Shown here: positions 19,283 to 27,613 of the stretch, in pieces
Numbering within the stretch: the first letter of the stretch is position 1
How the letters are laid out: each line of letters starts with the position of its first letter
Source of the DNA: an uncultured Pedosphaera sp.
GTDB lineage: Bacteria > Verrucomicrobiota > Verrucomicrobiia > Limisphaerales > Pedosphaeraceae
Length of the DNA stretch: 64,000 nt
Reading direction: 5' to 3'
Assembly: GCA_903918755.1 (NCBI GenBank)
Contig: CAIXFN010000034.1
Location: forward strand, 156,618-220,617
Program-made: the position numbers and the translations under genes
Notes under the pieces: generated by a model
The model's input: the letters and a program-made list of their open reading frames with translations, nothing else
Database searches by the model: none
What the model was told of the DNA's origin: nothing

Positions 19283-19891
19283 TCAAACTACTGCCGCCTC
19301 ACGAACCCCCAGGATGCATTTTACCCCGGCTTCCAACGCGGCGATGGGCGCGAGACTATTCTGGATCCGGGCTTCCATCATGGCCCCGTGAACATATTGA
19401 ATCACCACTTTGGCGGTGGTGGCCGGGTCCGGGGCATGAATCAGTCCCAAATAATGGGCATCCCGGATCGCCGCCTCGTAGTACTTGAAGTATTCCTGCA
19501 GCGCGTTGTCGATCCAGACCCGGATATGCTCATCCTGGGTCCCCATCTCGCTCCCCAGGCTGCACATGGGACAACCCACCACACAACCTTTTTCTTCCTT
19601 CAGGCGGGCCTGCTCCTCCAGGCCCTCACGGAACAACCGGCTGAGGCGCTCCAGCGGTGGAACCAGGGGCGAAAACATTTCGTTCAGCGCCGACTGCCGG
19701 TTTTTCCACTCCGCCTCCAGAGCCGCGATCGCCAGATCGGACTTGGATTTGAAAAAATGATAGAAACTGCCCTTCACCACGCCCGCCGCCGCACAAAGAT
19801 GATCCACGCTGGTGGCCCCGTAGCTGTTCCTCCAAATGAGGTCCAGAGCGGCCGCGAGCAGCTTCTCTTTGGTGTTCATGACGCGGGACAT
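19283..19891 (-). CDS. TetR/AcrR family transcriptional regulator
   Basis: 202 aa. N-terminal HTH block LLAAALDLIWRNSYGATSVDHLCAAAGVVKGSFYHFFKSKSDL is typical of TetR_N. Sits at the head of the efflux operon. Confidence 0.85.
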   Translation of the reverse strand: MSRVMNTKEKLLAAALDLIWRNSYGATSVDHLCAAAGVVKGSFYHFFKSKSDLAIAALEAEWKNRQSALNEMFSPLVPPLERLSRLFREGLEEQARLKEEKGCVVGCPMCSLGSEMGTQDEHIRVWIDNALQEYFKYYEAAIRDAHYLGLIHAPDPATTAKVVIQYVHGAMMEARIQNSLAPIAALEAGVKCILGVREAAVV

Positions 19892-19961
19892 GTCTTTCTT
19901 TGATCAGTTTGCCGGCACCGATGCAAGGCCATTCGGCGACCGACACTGACACCATCGCACG

Positions 19962-19981
19962 ACTAGACCGGTTAGTCTAGT
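19962..19981. promoter_or_regulatory. Candidate TetR operator (7-bp inverted repeat ACTAGAC-N6-GTCTAGT)
   Basis: Sequence actagaccggttagtctagt lies ~70 bp upstream of the TetR start codon in the promoter region of the efflux operon. Palindromes at this position are typical for TetR autoregulation. Confidence 0.3.
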
Positions 19982-20042
19982 GCTTTTTTAAAAGTTTTTT
20001 GCATTCGCCGACCGTGGTGCTTCTGGCATTCTAAAACCATCC

Positions 20043-20990
20043 ATGAACTGTGCGCTCCATTCATCCCAGATCCGGCAGGGCAGTCGCGGCGAGCGTTGGG
20101 CTCGCCAAATCGGACAGATTACCTTGATTTGTCTGGGTGCGCTCAGCGTCGCTGGTCAACCCGCGCCCAGCTGGCCGCTGCAAATCAAAGTGAATCCCGG
20201 GACTGTCGTGGGACACATCTCCCCCGATTTTCTCGGATTCGGTTATGAAACCTCGGCGGTGGCGCAAACCAATTATTTCAGTGCCACGAACACCACGCTG
20301 ATCCAACTCTACCGAAATCTCGGATCGAACGGTTTGATCCGCATCGGTGGCAACGTCTCCGACCATACCCGGTTTATGCCTGATGGCCAGCCAGCGCCCC
20401 GGACGGAACGGGAGCTCACGGTGATCAACCGGCAAAGTCTGGCCGATCTGGCCGGTTTTGCCCGCGCCACCGGCTGGCGCGTCATGTGGGGCCTCAACCT
20501 GGGCACTGGTTCCCCGGCGGAAGCGGCGGAGGAAGCCGTGGCCGTGGCCGCGGCTCTGGGCGACCGCTTGCAATCGTTCGAAATCGGCAATGAGGTGGAT
20601 CTGCACGGCGGCTACCATGAATAGCTGGCGTTTGCCCGCGCGGGCCATGGCAATTTGCTGCCGGTAGAAATCACCAAGTCCGAAGTCAATGTCACCGCGT
20701 ACGCCACCCGGGAAGGTGATGGTCCCCTCTGGATCACCGTGTTGAACAAAGACCTCAACCGGGAGGCTGAATTGAATATCGAACTGCCAACCGGCTATGG
20801 GACAACAGAAGCCTTTCCCTTGCGAGCGCCCGCGGTGATCAGTAGGGAAGCCCCCGATTTCGCCGGCGGGAAAATTACCAGCGAAGGCCACTGGAATCCC
20901 GGCGAGTCGACCAAGCTCAAGGTCCTGGACGGTGCCGGGCATTGGCAATTGTCCCCTGCCAGCGTGGTGCTGGTGCGTTTGCGCCGCTAA
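20043..20990 (+). pseudogene. Glycoside hydrolase family 79-like remnant (in-frame TAG, catalytic core apparently deleted)
   Basis: ORFs 20043..20624 and 20655..20990 are in the same frame, separated by TAG at 20622. The N-terminal part carries the GH79-type block ending at the acid/base motif EIGNEVD. The sequence after the stop jumps directly to a C-terminal beta-sandwich-like domain. Total length (~315 aa) is well short of the typical 450-500 aa. Confidence 0.45.
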
Positions 20991-21079
20991 ACTGCTACTG
21001 AATTGCGTTACTCGGCAAGCTCTTCCCAAAGGGCAAATTGTCATTCGCGCCCGCGGGTTTTTGGATTAAGCTAGCCGCC

Positions 21080-22903
21080 ATGGCGCGCTATTCACGCAAT
21101 GATCAGGCCGGAGTGGAACTCCCCAAAGCCAAGCTAAACCGGGAATCCCTCGGCCAGGCTTTGGAGTTGTTCAAATATCTGCGACCGTACCGCGCCCGGT
21201 TCGGCGCGGCGCTGCTCGCGCTCATGGCCGGCAGCGTGCTCAGTCTGGCGTTCCCCTACCTGGCCGGAAGGATCATCGACGGCGTGATGCCCACGGCGGG
21301 AGCCGGCAGCGGACATCTCGTGGGAGCGGACCGCACCGCCCTGCTGCTGGTGGGGATTCTCGCCCTGCAGGCGGGATTTTCCTATTTCCAGGCGCTTTCC
21401 CTGGCGACTGCGGGACAACGCTGCCTGGTCGATTTGCGGCGGGACACCTATGCCCGTCTGATTTCCCTCCCGATGTCCTTTTTCGCCCAACGCCGCGTCG
21501 GGGAACTTGCGAGCCGGCTTTCCGCCGACTTGATCCAGATGGAGGACACATTGACGACCATCCTGCCCCAGTTTCTGCGCCAATCCATTTTGCTGATCGG
21601 CGGCATCGGATTGATCGCCGCCACGTCCCTCAAACTGACGGGCGTCATGCTCGCCAGCCTGCCGGTCGTGATCGCCATCGCGGTGGTATTCGGTCGCCGG
21701 ACCCGCAAGATCTGGCGCGAAGCCCAGGACCGGCTGGCCGACACCGCCACCATCGTGGAGGAAACCCTGCAAGGCATCGTGAACGTAAAGGCCTTCGCCA
21801 ATGAGACCTATGAACTCCAACGCTACCACGAGGGGTTGGGCAAATTCCTGACCATCACCCTGCGCGGCGCCCGCCTCCGGGCGGCCTTCGTCTCGTTCAT
21901 CATCTTCGCGCTGTTCGGTTGCATCGTTCTCGTGCTCTGGTCCGGCGCCCACATGCTGGAACGGGGCGAGATCACGATGGGCGGACTCACCCGCTTCGGC
22001 CTCTGCACCACCTTTGTGGCCGGCGCCATGGGCCAGTTCGCGGAACTCTACAGTCAGCTCCAAAAAGCCATCGGGGCCACCCAGCGCGTGCGCGAATTAC
22101 TACGGGAACCGGTTGAAGTCGAAACCCACCTTGGCCCGCCCGCCCCCTCCACCCTGCCCCGCCTCAAAGGCGAAGTGGCCTTTGAAAACGTTTCCTTCAC
22201 CTACCCCTCGCGCACGGGTGTCGAGGTGCTCCATGAGGTAACCCTGGCGGCGGCACCTGGCCAGCGGATCGCGCTGGTCGGTCCCAGTGGCGCTGGCAAA
22301 TCCACCCTCATCTCCCTCCTGCTCCGACTTTACGACCCGACCTCCGGCCGGCTCCTCATCGACGGCCGCGACGCCCGGGATTACCCTCTCACCGAACTAC
22401 GCGGCCAGATGTCGATGGTGCCGCAGGAAGTGCTGCTCTTCGGCGGCAGCATCGCGGAAAACATCGCCTACGGCAAACCCGGGGCCAATCAGGCGGAAAT
22501 AGAACAAGCCGCGCGACAAGCCAACGCCCATGATTTCATCACGAAGTTCCCCGAGGGCTACGCCACGCTGGTGGGCGACCGCGGCATCAAACTCTCCGGT
22601 GGCCAGCGCCAACGCGTTGCCATCGCCCGGGCCATCCTCAAGAACCCCGCCATCCTCATCCTGGACGAGGCCACCAGCGCCCTCGATTCCGAGAGCGAAG
22701 GCCTGATTCAACAAGCCCTGGAAACCTTGATGCGCGGCCGCACCTCCTTCATCATCGCCCACCGCCTCGCCACCGTGCGCCACGTGGACCGCATCATCGT
22801 TATCGCCGACGGCCGCGTCGTCGAATCCGGCACCCACGAAGAGCTTCAGGCACTGGAGGCCGGCGTCTACCGCCGACTGGCTGCCTTGCAATTCCGGGAT
22901 TGA
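21080..22903 (+). CDS. ABC exporter, fused permease + ATPase (MsbA-like)
   Basis: ORF 21038..22903; start probably the M at 21080. Six-TM exporter domain followed by Walker A (GPSGAGKST), signature LSGGQRQRVAIARA and Walker B ILILDEATSALD. Confidence 0.85.
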   Translation: MARYSRNDQAGVELPKAKLNRESLGQALELFKYLRPYRARFGAALLALMAGSVLSLAFPYLAGRIIDGVMPTAGAGSGHLVGADRTALLLVGILALQAGFSYFQALSLATAGQRCLVDLRRDTYARLISLPMSFFAQRRVGELASRLSADLIQMEDTLTTILPQFLRQSILLIGGIGLIAATSLKLTGVMLASLPVVIAIAVVFGRRTRKIWREAQDRLADTATIVEETLQGIVNVKAFANETYELQRYHEGLGKFLTITLRGARLRAAFVSFIIFALFGCIVLVLWSGAHMLERGEITMGGLTRFGLCTTFVAGAMGQFAELYSQLQKAIGATQRVRELLREPVEVETHLGPPAPSTLPRLKGEVAFENVSFTYPSRTGVEVLHEVTLAAAPGQRIALVGPSGAGKSTLISLLLRLYDPTSGRLLIDGRDARDYPLTELRGQMSMVPQEVLLFGGSIAENIAYGKPGANQAEIEQAARQANAHDFITKFPEGYATLVGDRGIKLSGGQRQRVAIARAILKNPAILILDEATSALDSESEGLIQQALETLMRGRTSFIIAHRLATVRHVDRIIVIADGRVVESGTHEELQALEAGVYRRLAALQFRD

Positions 22904-22953
22904 TTTCGGCCCGGTATCGCAACCGTTGGAACGCCCGAACAATTCATTATCTG

Positions 22954-23307
22954 TCAAACGACTATTCGAATTGCGGAGCGGTCCAATTCGACAAGTGAAT
23001 TGCTTTCTAAGGCTTCGATTACCGCCGGAAGGTGCTTCTCAAACAAATCGAGAAAATCGCGTATTCGCATGTTTCCGGTGCGGATTAGGAGCAATTTTGG
23101 GGGGCGCCCAGAAAGCAGGTGCGAATAATAGAAATCAGTGTCTTTGGAAACGAGAACGCGGTGTTGCCGTAGCGCGACCTGAATGAGTTCGCCGTCGGGA
23201 GTGCGGTTTTGATCCGGTAGTTCCAACGTATGGATGGCATCATGCCCTTCCTGACGAAGAAGCCGGCAAAGTGAGGGCGGCAGATGGGCATCCACCAGGA
23301 ATTTCAT
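22954..23307 (-). CDS. DUF5615 (PIN-like) protein, putative toxin of a DUF433/DUF5615 pair
   Basis: 117 aa, MKFLVDAHLPPSLCRLLRQEGHDA..., characteristic of DUF5615. Start overlaps the stop of the DUF433 gene (ATGA). Confidence 0.7.
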   Translation of the reverse strand: MKFLVDAHLPPSLCRLLRQEGHDAIHTLELPDQNRTPDGELIQVALRQHRVLVSKDTDFYYSHLLSGRPPKLLLIRTGNMRIRDFLDLFEKHLPAVIEALESNSLVELDRSAIRIVV

Positions 23308-23537
23308 GCCATTACCAAATGGCGGCTCTTGAGCTTGATCGACTGGGCAGCGAATTCAATGCATGCCAGCAAATCTTCCAGTTCCAAGTCCGGGAACTCA
23401 GCCAGCACCTCTTCAAACCGATTACCGCCCGCCAAGTACTCGAGCAAAGATTCCACTGGATACCGCAATCCGCGGATGACCGGTTTGCCGTGGCAAATCA
23501 GGGGATCAATCGTGATGCGTTCGAGAAGCGTATTCAC
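23304..23537 (-). CDS. DUF433 domain protein, putative antitoxin partner
   Basis: 77 aa, ITIDPLICHGKPVIRGLRYPVESLLEYLAGG..., typical DUF433. Positioned upstream of, and overlapping, the DUF5615 gene. Confidence 0.7.
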   Translation of the reverse strand: MNTLLERITIDPLICHGKPVIRGLRYPVESLLEYLAGGNRFEEVLAEFPDLELEDLLACIEFAAQSIKLKSRHLVMA

Positions 23538-23693
23538 TATTGCATTCTTCCCTTCCTGCTTCCGCCTGTCAAGCTGGGCATCAGCCCTTTGCCAAGGGCT
23601 GTAGGCCCGTCATTCCTCAGCCTGAGGCAAAGCGTCCCCCGCGTCGCCCCAGGAAACATCCGCCCCCATGTCATCCCCAAGCGTTGAAAGTGC

Positions 23694-24368
23694 GAAACTG
23701 GGTTAAGTTTGTATAACCTGGACTCGGGCGGGAAGACAGGGGATGGATTGACCACAGATTACCGGGAGAGCACAGATGGGAACTGCTCCAATGGTGAACG
23801 ACGCTGGGGAGGTGCTGTTCGGAAACAACACGAATCGAAACTGGATTAACTGTCCGGAACCTGGACTGCGCAGAAACACCGGAGATGGATTGGCCGCGCA
23901 CAATGAACGAAAGCGAACCGCCAGAAACAAGATCTGCCCGAGATTTTGGCCGCCAAAATGCGCACAAGCCACAAAAGGGGACCGGAAGGCCGCGCCGCCT
24001 CTCAATTGCAGCAGCCGACGTCCGCCTCCCATCCAGATAATCGTGTTCGTCCTGTCCTACGCTGCATAGCTTCCAGCGACGCACGGGTCCCAAGAACGGC
24101 TACACCGAGACAATTTAGACAGTATTAACAGGATTGAGCAGGATGGCCCCGAACAAAAGCCCGGCGGTTCAGCTGACGTCTGCCTCCCATCCGGCCTGCC
24201 CTGCATAGCCCTTTGGGCGACGCGGGGGTAATCCTGTTCATCCTGTCCTGAAAACGGATATCGGACATTCCGCAAAATCCTGTCTGCGGACGAAACCGGC
24301 AAAATGCAAAGCGTCCGGAACCAACTCGAAACTGGATTAAGTGTCCGGATCCTGGACTCTTCGAACTC
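23694..24368. repeat. Non-coding repeat cluster: three copies of a ~35-bp element (gaaactggRttaaSt...cctggact) plus a duplicated, rearranged ~120-bp segment carrying atcctgt/acaggat motifs
   Basis: Copies of the ~35-bp element begin at about 23694, 23834 and 24329. Segments 24013-24080 and 24176-24250 share gcctcccatcc...ctgcatagc...gcgacgc and aatcctgttcatcctgtcctg / ataatcgtgttcgtcctgtcctac. Inverted partner aacaggattgagcaggatgg is near 24105. Track ORFs here look spurious. Confidence 0.55.
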
Positions 24369-24885
24369 AGACCTTGAGGGCATCCATTCCGGTGACGCTT
24401 GATGAAAAGGGTGAGCAATCAAGATTATCGATAACGGCGCAGGCTCCATAACGGGGTCGGTTTGAAGTAGCGGGCGGGCGGGGGCGGTGGGCCGCGTGCC
24501 GGTTGGGACGGCACGCGGCGATGACCACCGACGGGCAACTGCCCGGGCTCATCCGCCGGGCAAACGCAGACACACTAATATGTCAAAGAGCAGGCCGGGC
24601 GGAACTTTCATTCCGACGGGCCAAAATTCAGGCATTACCGGGTGACGGCTCGCCAGGTGCCGAGCTCGGATCGACTCCCATCCTTTTTTAGCACAGGTTG
24701 GGGCGATTCGAATTCCTACGGGAGGAATTTAGTGGCATTTGGTTGGTAACGGTGCGTTCTGTTTGCCATTACACTGCTTTTGTGTTTGTTTGTATCGAGA
24801 TCATGAGACTGCGGCCAATCAGGCGCTACCGCAAACGCCGACGCGACTTTTGGCCCCGTCGCTGAGCTTGGGTCGTTAGGCGGCT

Positions 24886-25227
24886 ATGGCACACACCGAA
24901 AATCAGACTTGGGTGGTCGAAAGAGGCGGCGAAGTCGTCGAAAAGATGGCGCATGCTGGTGGGGCCAGCTTGAGCGACTGGGAACGCTTGGTTTATTGTC
25001 TCTGGGTCACGGATTATATGCTGCGAAACGCCGGCGACTTTGCGAACGCCGAGGTGATGTATCCTGATTTCCAGACCGATGCCGCGAGACTCGCCAAGAG
25101 TCTGGGTTTAGCGGTGACACACACAACCTTTTCATTGTCACGCCGCAAGCTCCAGCGAGAATATTTCAACCGTTTCGAGGCCATTTGCGACGAGATTAAG
25201 AAAGCAGAGCATGACGTTGACGCCTGA
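24886..25227 (+). CDS. Cassette ORF 1, hypothetical protein (113 aa)
   Basis: ATG 5 nt after the GTTAGGC core. No recognisable domain. Confidence 0.45.
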   Translation: MAHTENQTWVVERGGEVVEKMAHAGGASLSDWERLVYCLWVTDYMLRNAGDFANAEVMYPDFQTDAARLAKSLGLAVTHTTFSLSRRKLQREYFNRFEAICDEIKKAEHDVDA

Positions 25228-25320
25228 CAAGTCGCTGGCGCGAAACGCCATCCGCGCAATCGCCTCCGCTACGCGAGCCGGGCGTGTTTCCGCGTGCCTC
25301 AGCTTGGGGCGTTCGCCGTC
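25228..25320 (+). other. attC-like site candidate (between cassette ORFs 1 and 2)
   Basis: Ends pair as gcgcGAAACgcc ... ggcGTTCgcc. 3' core GTTCGCC lies 20 nt before the ATG. Confidence 0.3.
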
Positions 25321-25336
25321 ATTCAAACCATCAGTT

Positions 25337-25747
25337 ATGATGAAATCGCTTAGTTCTCTTTTGGCAGCAGGGATGTTGCTTTGCAATGTTGTCGCGGCAG
25401 CAGCGTCAGAGTATGCAAAACCATTCCCGATCGTTGGCATTCCAAAAGGCGCATCAGCGGAGCAGCGAGCGAAAGCCGAGAAGTTGGGACGAGAGTTTGG
25501 CATCACCGTCAGCGTGCTCGAAACAAATCCGGTTTGCTGTGTTTGGTTGGAACTGCGGGCCTGGCGGCCGAATCCCGGCACTGACGGTTATGTCATCATC
25601 CATCAGGCTGGCGGAACATTGATCACCGCATCGAGTCAGCAGCAGCTTGATGCAGCGGTGGAGCGGTTCATCAAGAGTTCGCGGTTGCGCGACGGCAAGC
25701 GCGAAGCTCCCCTCGGCTTGATGACAAGTTACGAGGTTATCAAATGA
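25337..25747 (+). CDS. Cassette ORF 2, small secreted hypothetical protein
   Basis: Track ORF 25211..25747. The upstream part overlaps the attC-like spacer, so the start is placed at ATGATG 25337 (MMKSLSSLLAAGMLLCNVVAAAAS = signal peptide). Confidence 0.45.
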   Translation: MMKSLSSLLAAGMLLCNVVAAAASEYAKPFPIVGIPKGASAEQRAKAEKLGREFGITVSVLETNPVCCVWLELRAWRPNPGTDGYVIIHQAGGTLITASSQQQLDAAVERFIKSSRLRDGKREAPLGLMTSYEVIK

Positions 25748-25871
25748 CCATGACCGCCGCCCATGCACTCTACCGAACCCGGTCCTCGCGCTCCGGTTGC
25801 CATCCAGACGTCCCGTCCGTCCTCCGCAGAAGCAGTGCTTCGCAGGCTGGACGGCCCGGGTCGCTAGTCGA
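25748..25871 (+). other. attC-like site candidate (between cassette ORFs 2 and 3)
   Basis: Ends pair as ctaccgaacccgg ... cccgggtcgctag. 3' core-like GCTAGTC abuts the ATG. Confidence 0.3.
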
Positions 25872-26228
25872 ATGAAAGCATTCGCCATTTTCATTTGCCC
25901 ATTTCTGGGTGTGGTCATTTCCGCGGTTGTGACCTTCGGAGCGTGGTATGTTCAGATCGAGCCAAGAGCCTTTCAGTGTTGGGATGGCCCGGCGATAGAT
26001 GCGTATTGGGAACCGATTGAGGTTCACGAAGGAGCCGGAGACAAGATTTCCGCCGAATGGACTTGGGAGGAGATCAAGACCTGGCGAACGATTTATCTTT
26101 TGGCATTCTTTGGCATTTGGGTCGCGAGTTCAGCGGGCATTTACCGACAGATTTCTCGCCAATCACAGCGACCTGACACAGCGCTAGAGCCAACCGGCTC
26201 CGCGCCGGTCAGTTTGACGAAGCCATGA
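25872..26228 (+). CDS. Cassette ORF 3, small membrane protein
   Basis: Start placed at ATG 25872 directly after the core-like motif (MKAFAIFICPFLGVVISAVVTFGAWY...). Two predicted TM segments. Confidence 0.45.
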   Translation: MKAFAIFICPFLGVVISAVVTFGAWYVQIEPRAFQCWDGPAIDAYWEPIEVHEGAGDKISAEWTWEEIKTWRTIYLLAFFGIWVASSAGIYRQISRQSQRPDTALEPTGSAPVSLTKP

Positions 26229-26300
26229 AATGAAATTGACATCATCGCATTTTTGGGTCCCGCTCCATTGCCGCTGGCTTAGCCCTTGGTCGTTAACCCC
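26229..26300 (+). other. attC-like site candidate (between cassette ORFs 3 and 4)
   Basis: 3' end cccttggtcGTTAACCcc is directly followed by the ATG. The 5' arm is less clear. Confidence 0.25.
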
Positions 26301-26696
26301 ATGAGTGCACAGCTTCTAACACAGCGAGCCAACGCCATGATTCCAGGCTACGAAGCCATGTTTGCCCGGCGTGGCGACATCACTCCCACTGACCCGCTCC
26401 AGTTTCACCCTTTTCACCTAGCACGTTATTGGAGTCGGTCGATTGCTTTTTCCCGAAAGTTCTCGCAACCGAAGCGCTGCATTGAGGGCGATTTGGGCAC
26501 ATGCATTCAGGTTGGCTCGGAGTTTGCGCACAAATTAATTGACTCGAATTCTCCGATCTACGCACGATTGCAGGACTATTGGGCGCAGACACAGGCAGTG
26601 CTTCACCGACGCCCGGTCACCATGGCGGCAGTCGAGGCTGCGTCTCAGGCCTTTAATGATTGCGTTGCTGAGTTGAAGTATGATCCTTGGCGCTAA
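26301..26696 (+). CDS. Cassette ORF 4, hypothetical protein
   Basis: ATG 26301 two nt after GTTAACC (the track lists a TTG start at 26286). No recognisable domain. Confidence 0.45.
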   Translation: MSAQLLTQRANAMIPGYEAMFARRGDITPTDPLQFHPFHLARYWSRSIAFSRKFSQPKRCIEGDLGTCIQVGSEFAHKLIDSNSPIYARLQDYWAQTQAVLHRRPVTMAAVEAASQAFNDCVAELKYDPWR

Positions 26697-26784
26697 CCGT
26701 GCGCTGCGGGAAACCCAGCCATCGGGTCGAGGTTGCAATCGAGCGCCCTCGCGGGTCGCGTCGCTGAGCTTGTCTCGTTCGGCC
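26697..26784 (+). other. attC-like site candidate (between cassette ORFs 4 and 5)
   Basis: Begins ccgtgcgctgcggg after the ggcgcTAA stop context and ends gtcgctgagcttgtctcGTTCGGCc. It shares the 14-mer cgtcgctgagcttg with the site upstream of ORF 1. Confidence 0.3.
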
Positions 26785-26797
26785 TACTGCACCCCAC

Positions 26798-27148
26798 TTG
26801 AATAAGAAAATTTCAACTGGCCTTGCGGCACTGATCGTCGGTGGCCTCTTGGTCGCGTTCGGATGTTGGGCTTATTTTGGCGATACGTCGTTGCAACAAG
26901 CGCGGCGCATGGCACTCGCCCGGGAGCACCTGCCCGCGATTGCGAGCGCCATTTCTGCCCATCCAGAGTTTCGCGACGTACAAGTTGGTGTCGGGACGGC
27001 TGCTGGCGGTTGTTTTCTCATCGTCGGGTTGGTCGAAACCGAAAGGAGTCTTGCGGAATTGCAGCGAGTCATTGCCGCCCAGCAGCCGCCCGTCGCAGTA
27101 GTATATCAGCTCAAAGTCTTAGCGCGGTATTCTGATCCTAAACCGTAG
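26798..27148 (+). CDS. Cassette ORF 5, small membrane-anchored hypothetical protein
   Basis: TTG start 14 nt after the GTTCGGC motif. N-terminal TM segment LAALIVGGLLVAFGCWAYF. Confidence 0.4.
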   Translation: MNKKISTGLAALIVGGLLVAFGCWAYFGDTSLQQARRMALAREHLPAIASAISAHPEFRDVQVGVGTAAGGCFLIVGLVETERSLAELQRVIAAQQPPVAVVYQLKVLARYSDPKP

Positions 27149-27613
27149 GCCCATCCACGCGCTCCAGCGCACGCAGCGGGAGTGACAAGGGGGCAGCCCC
27201 GACTATCGGTCAATTGCAACTTCTTACGCAAAATCTTTGTCTTTCCGATGGGCGAGGTCTGCCTGCTCCATGAATACCTCCTCATCGTCTCCCGCGGCAA
27301 TCGCGGCGCGTCCCGCGCCTGCTTCAGCGGCCTTTCTTCGCGACCTTTGCGACCTTCTGTTCGAACTCCCTTGAATTGCGTCCTCCACTCCTTTACCGCA
27401 GGCCATCACCCAAAGGCGGCTCATGAGCTTGAGGGACTTCGTGGCGCATTTCGTTCCCCGAACGGCGATAATACCCAGAGTCCAAAACCAAAAAGGCCGA
27501 TGCCCACCAAAGGCGGATAACAGAACATTTGTTATTTCAGCCGCAAGAGCGCATTTCCGGGGAGGCGCTTTGCCGGTTGTTATTTAGGGACCGGATTTTG
27601 ACGTTTTGACAAA

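Larger units (their letters stand above)
24822..27148 (+). mobile_element. Candidate integron-type gene cassette array without an integrase in the window (CALIN-like): five small ORFs, each preceded by an attC-like core
   Basis: A conserved element sits immediately 5' of five consecutive start codons: gagcttgggtcGTTAGGCgg-ATG(24886); cagcttggggcGTTCGCCgt..ATG(25337); cccgggtcGCTAGTCga-ATG(25872); cccttggtcGTTAACCcc-ATG(26301); gagcttgtctcGTTCGGCct..TTG(26798). The first is a canonical GTTRRRY core site. Each inter-ORF spacer (70-120 bp) contains an imperfect inverted repeat pairing its two ends, e.g. gcgaaacgcc/ggcgttcgcc and ctaccgaacccgg/cccgggtcgctag. The segment is lower in GC than its flanks. 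Confidence 0.4.

Noticed and set aside
21134-22063. 309-aa minus-strand ORF
   Set aside because: Antisense to the ABC exporter gene.
23690-24370. Possible CRISPR array
   Set aside because: The repeats are neither regularly spaced nor of uniform length. There are no 30-40-bp unique spacers, and no cas genes are nearby.
27224-27424. 66-aa minus-strand ORF after the last cassette
   Set aside because: It is short, has no start/RBS context or family signal, and lies in the non-coding tail of the cassette region. It might be a sixth cassette on the opposite strand, but the evidence is insufficient.
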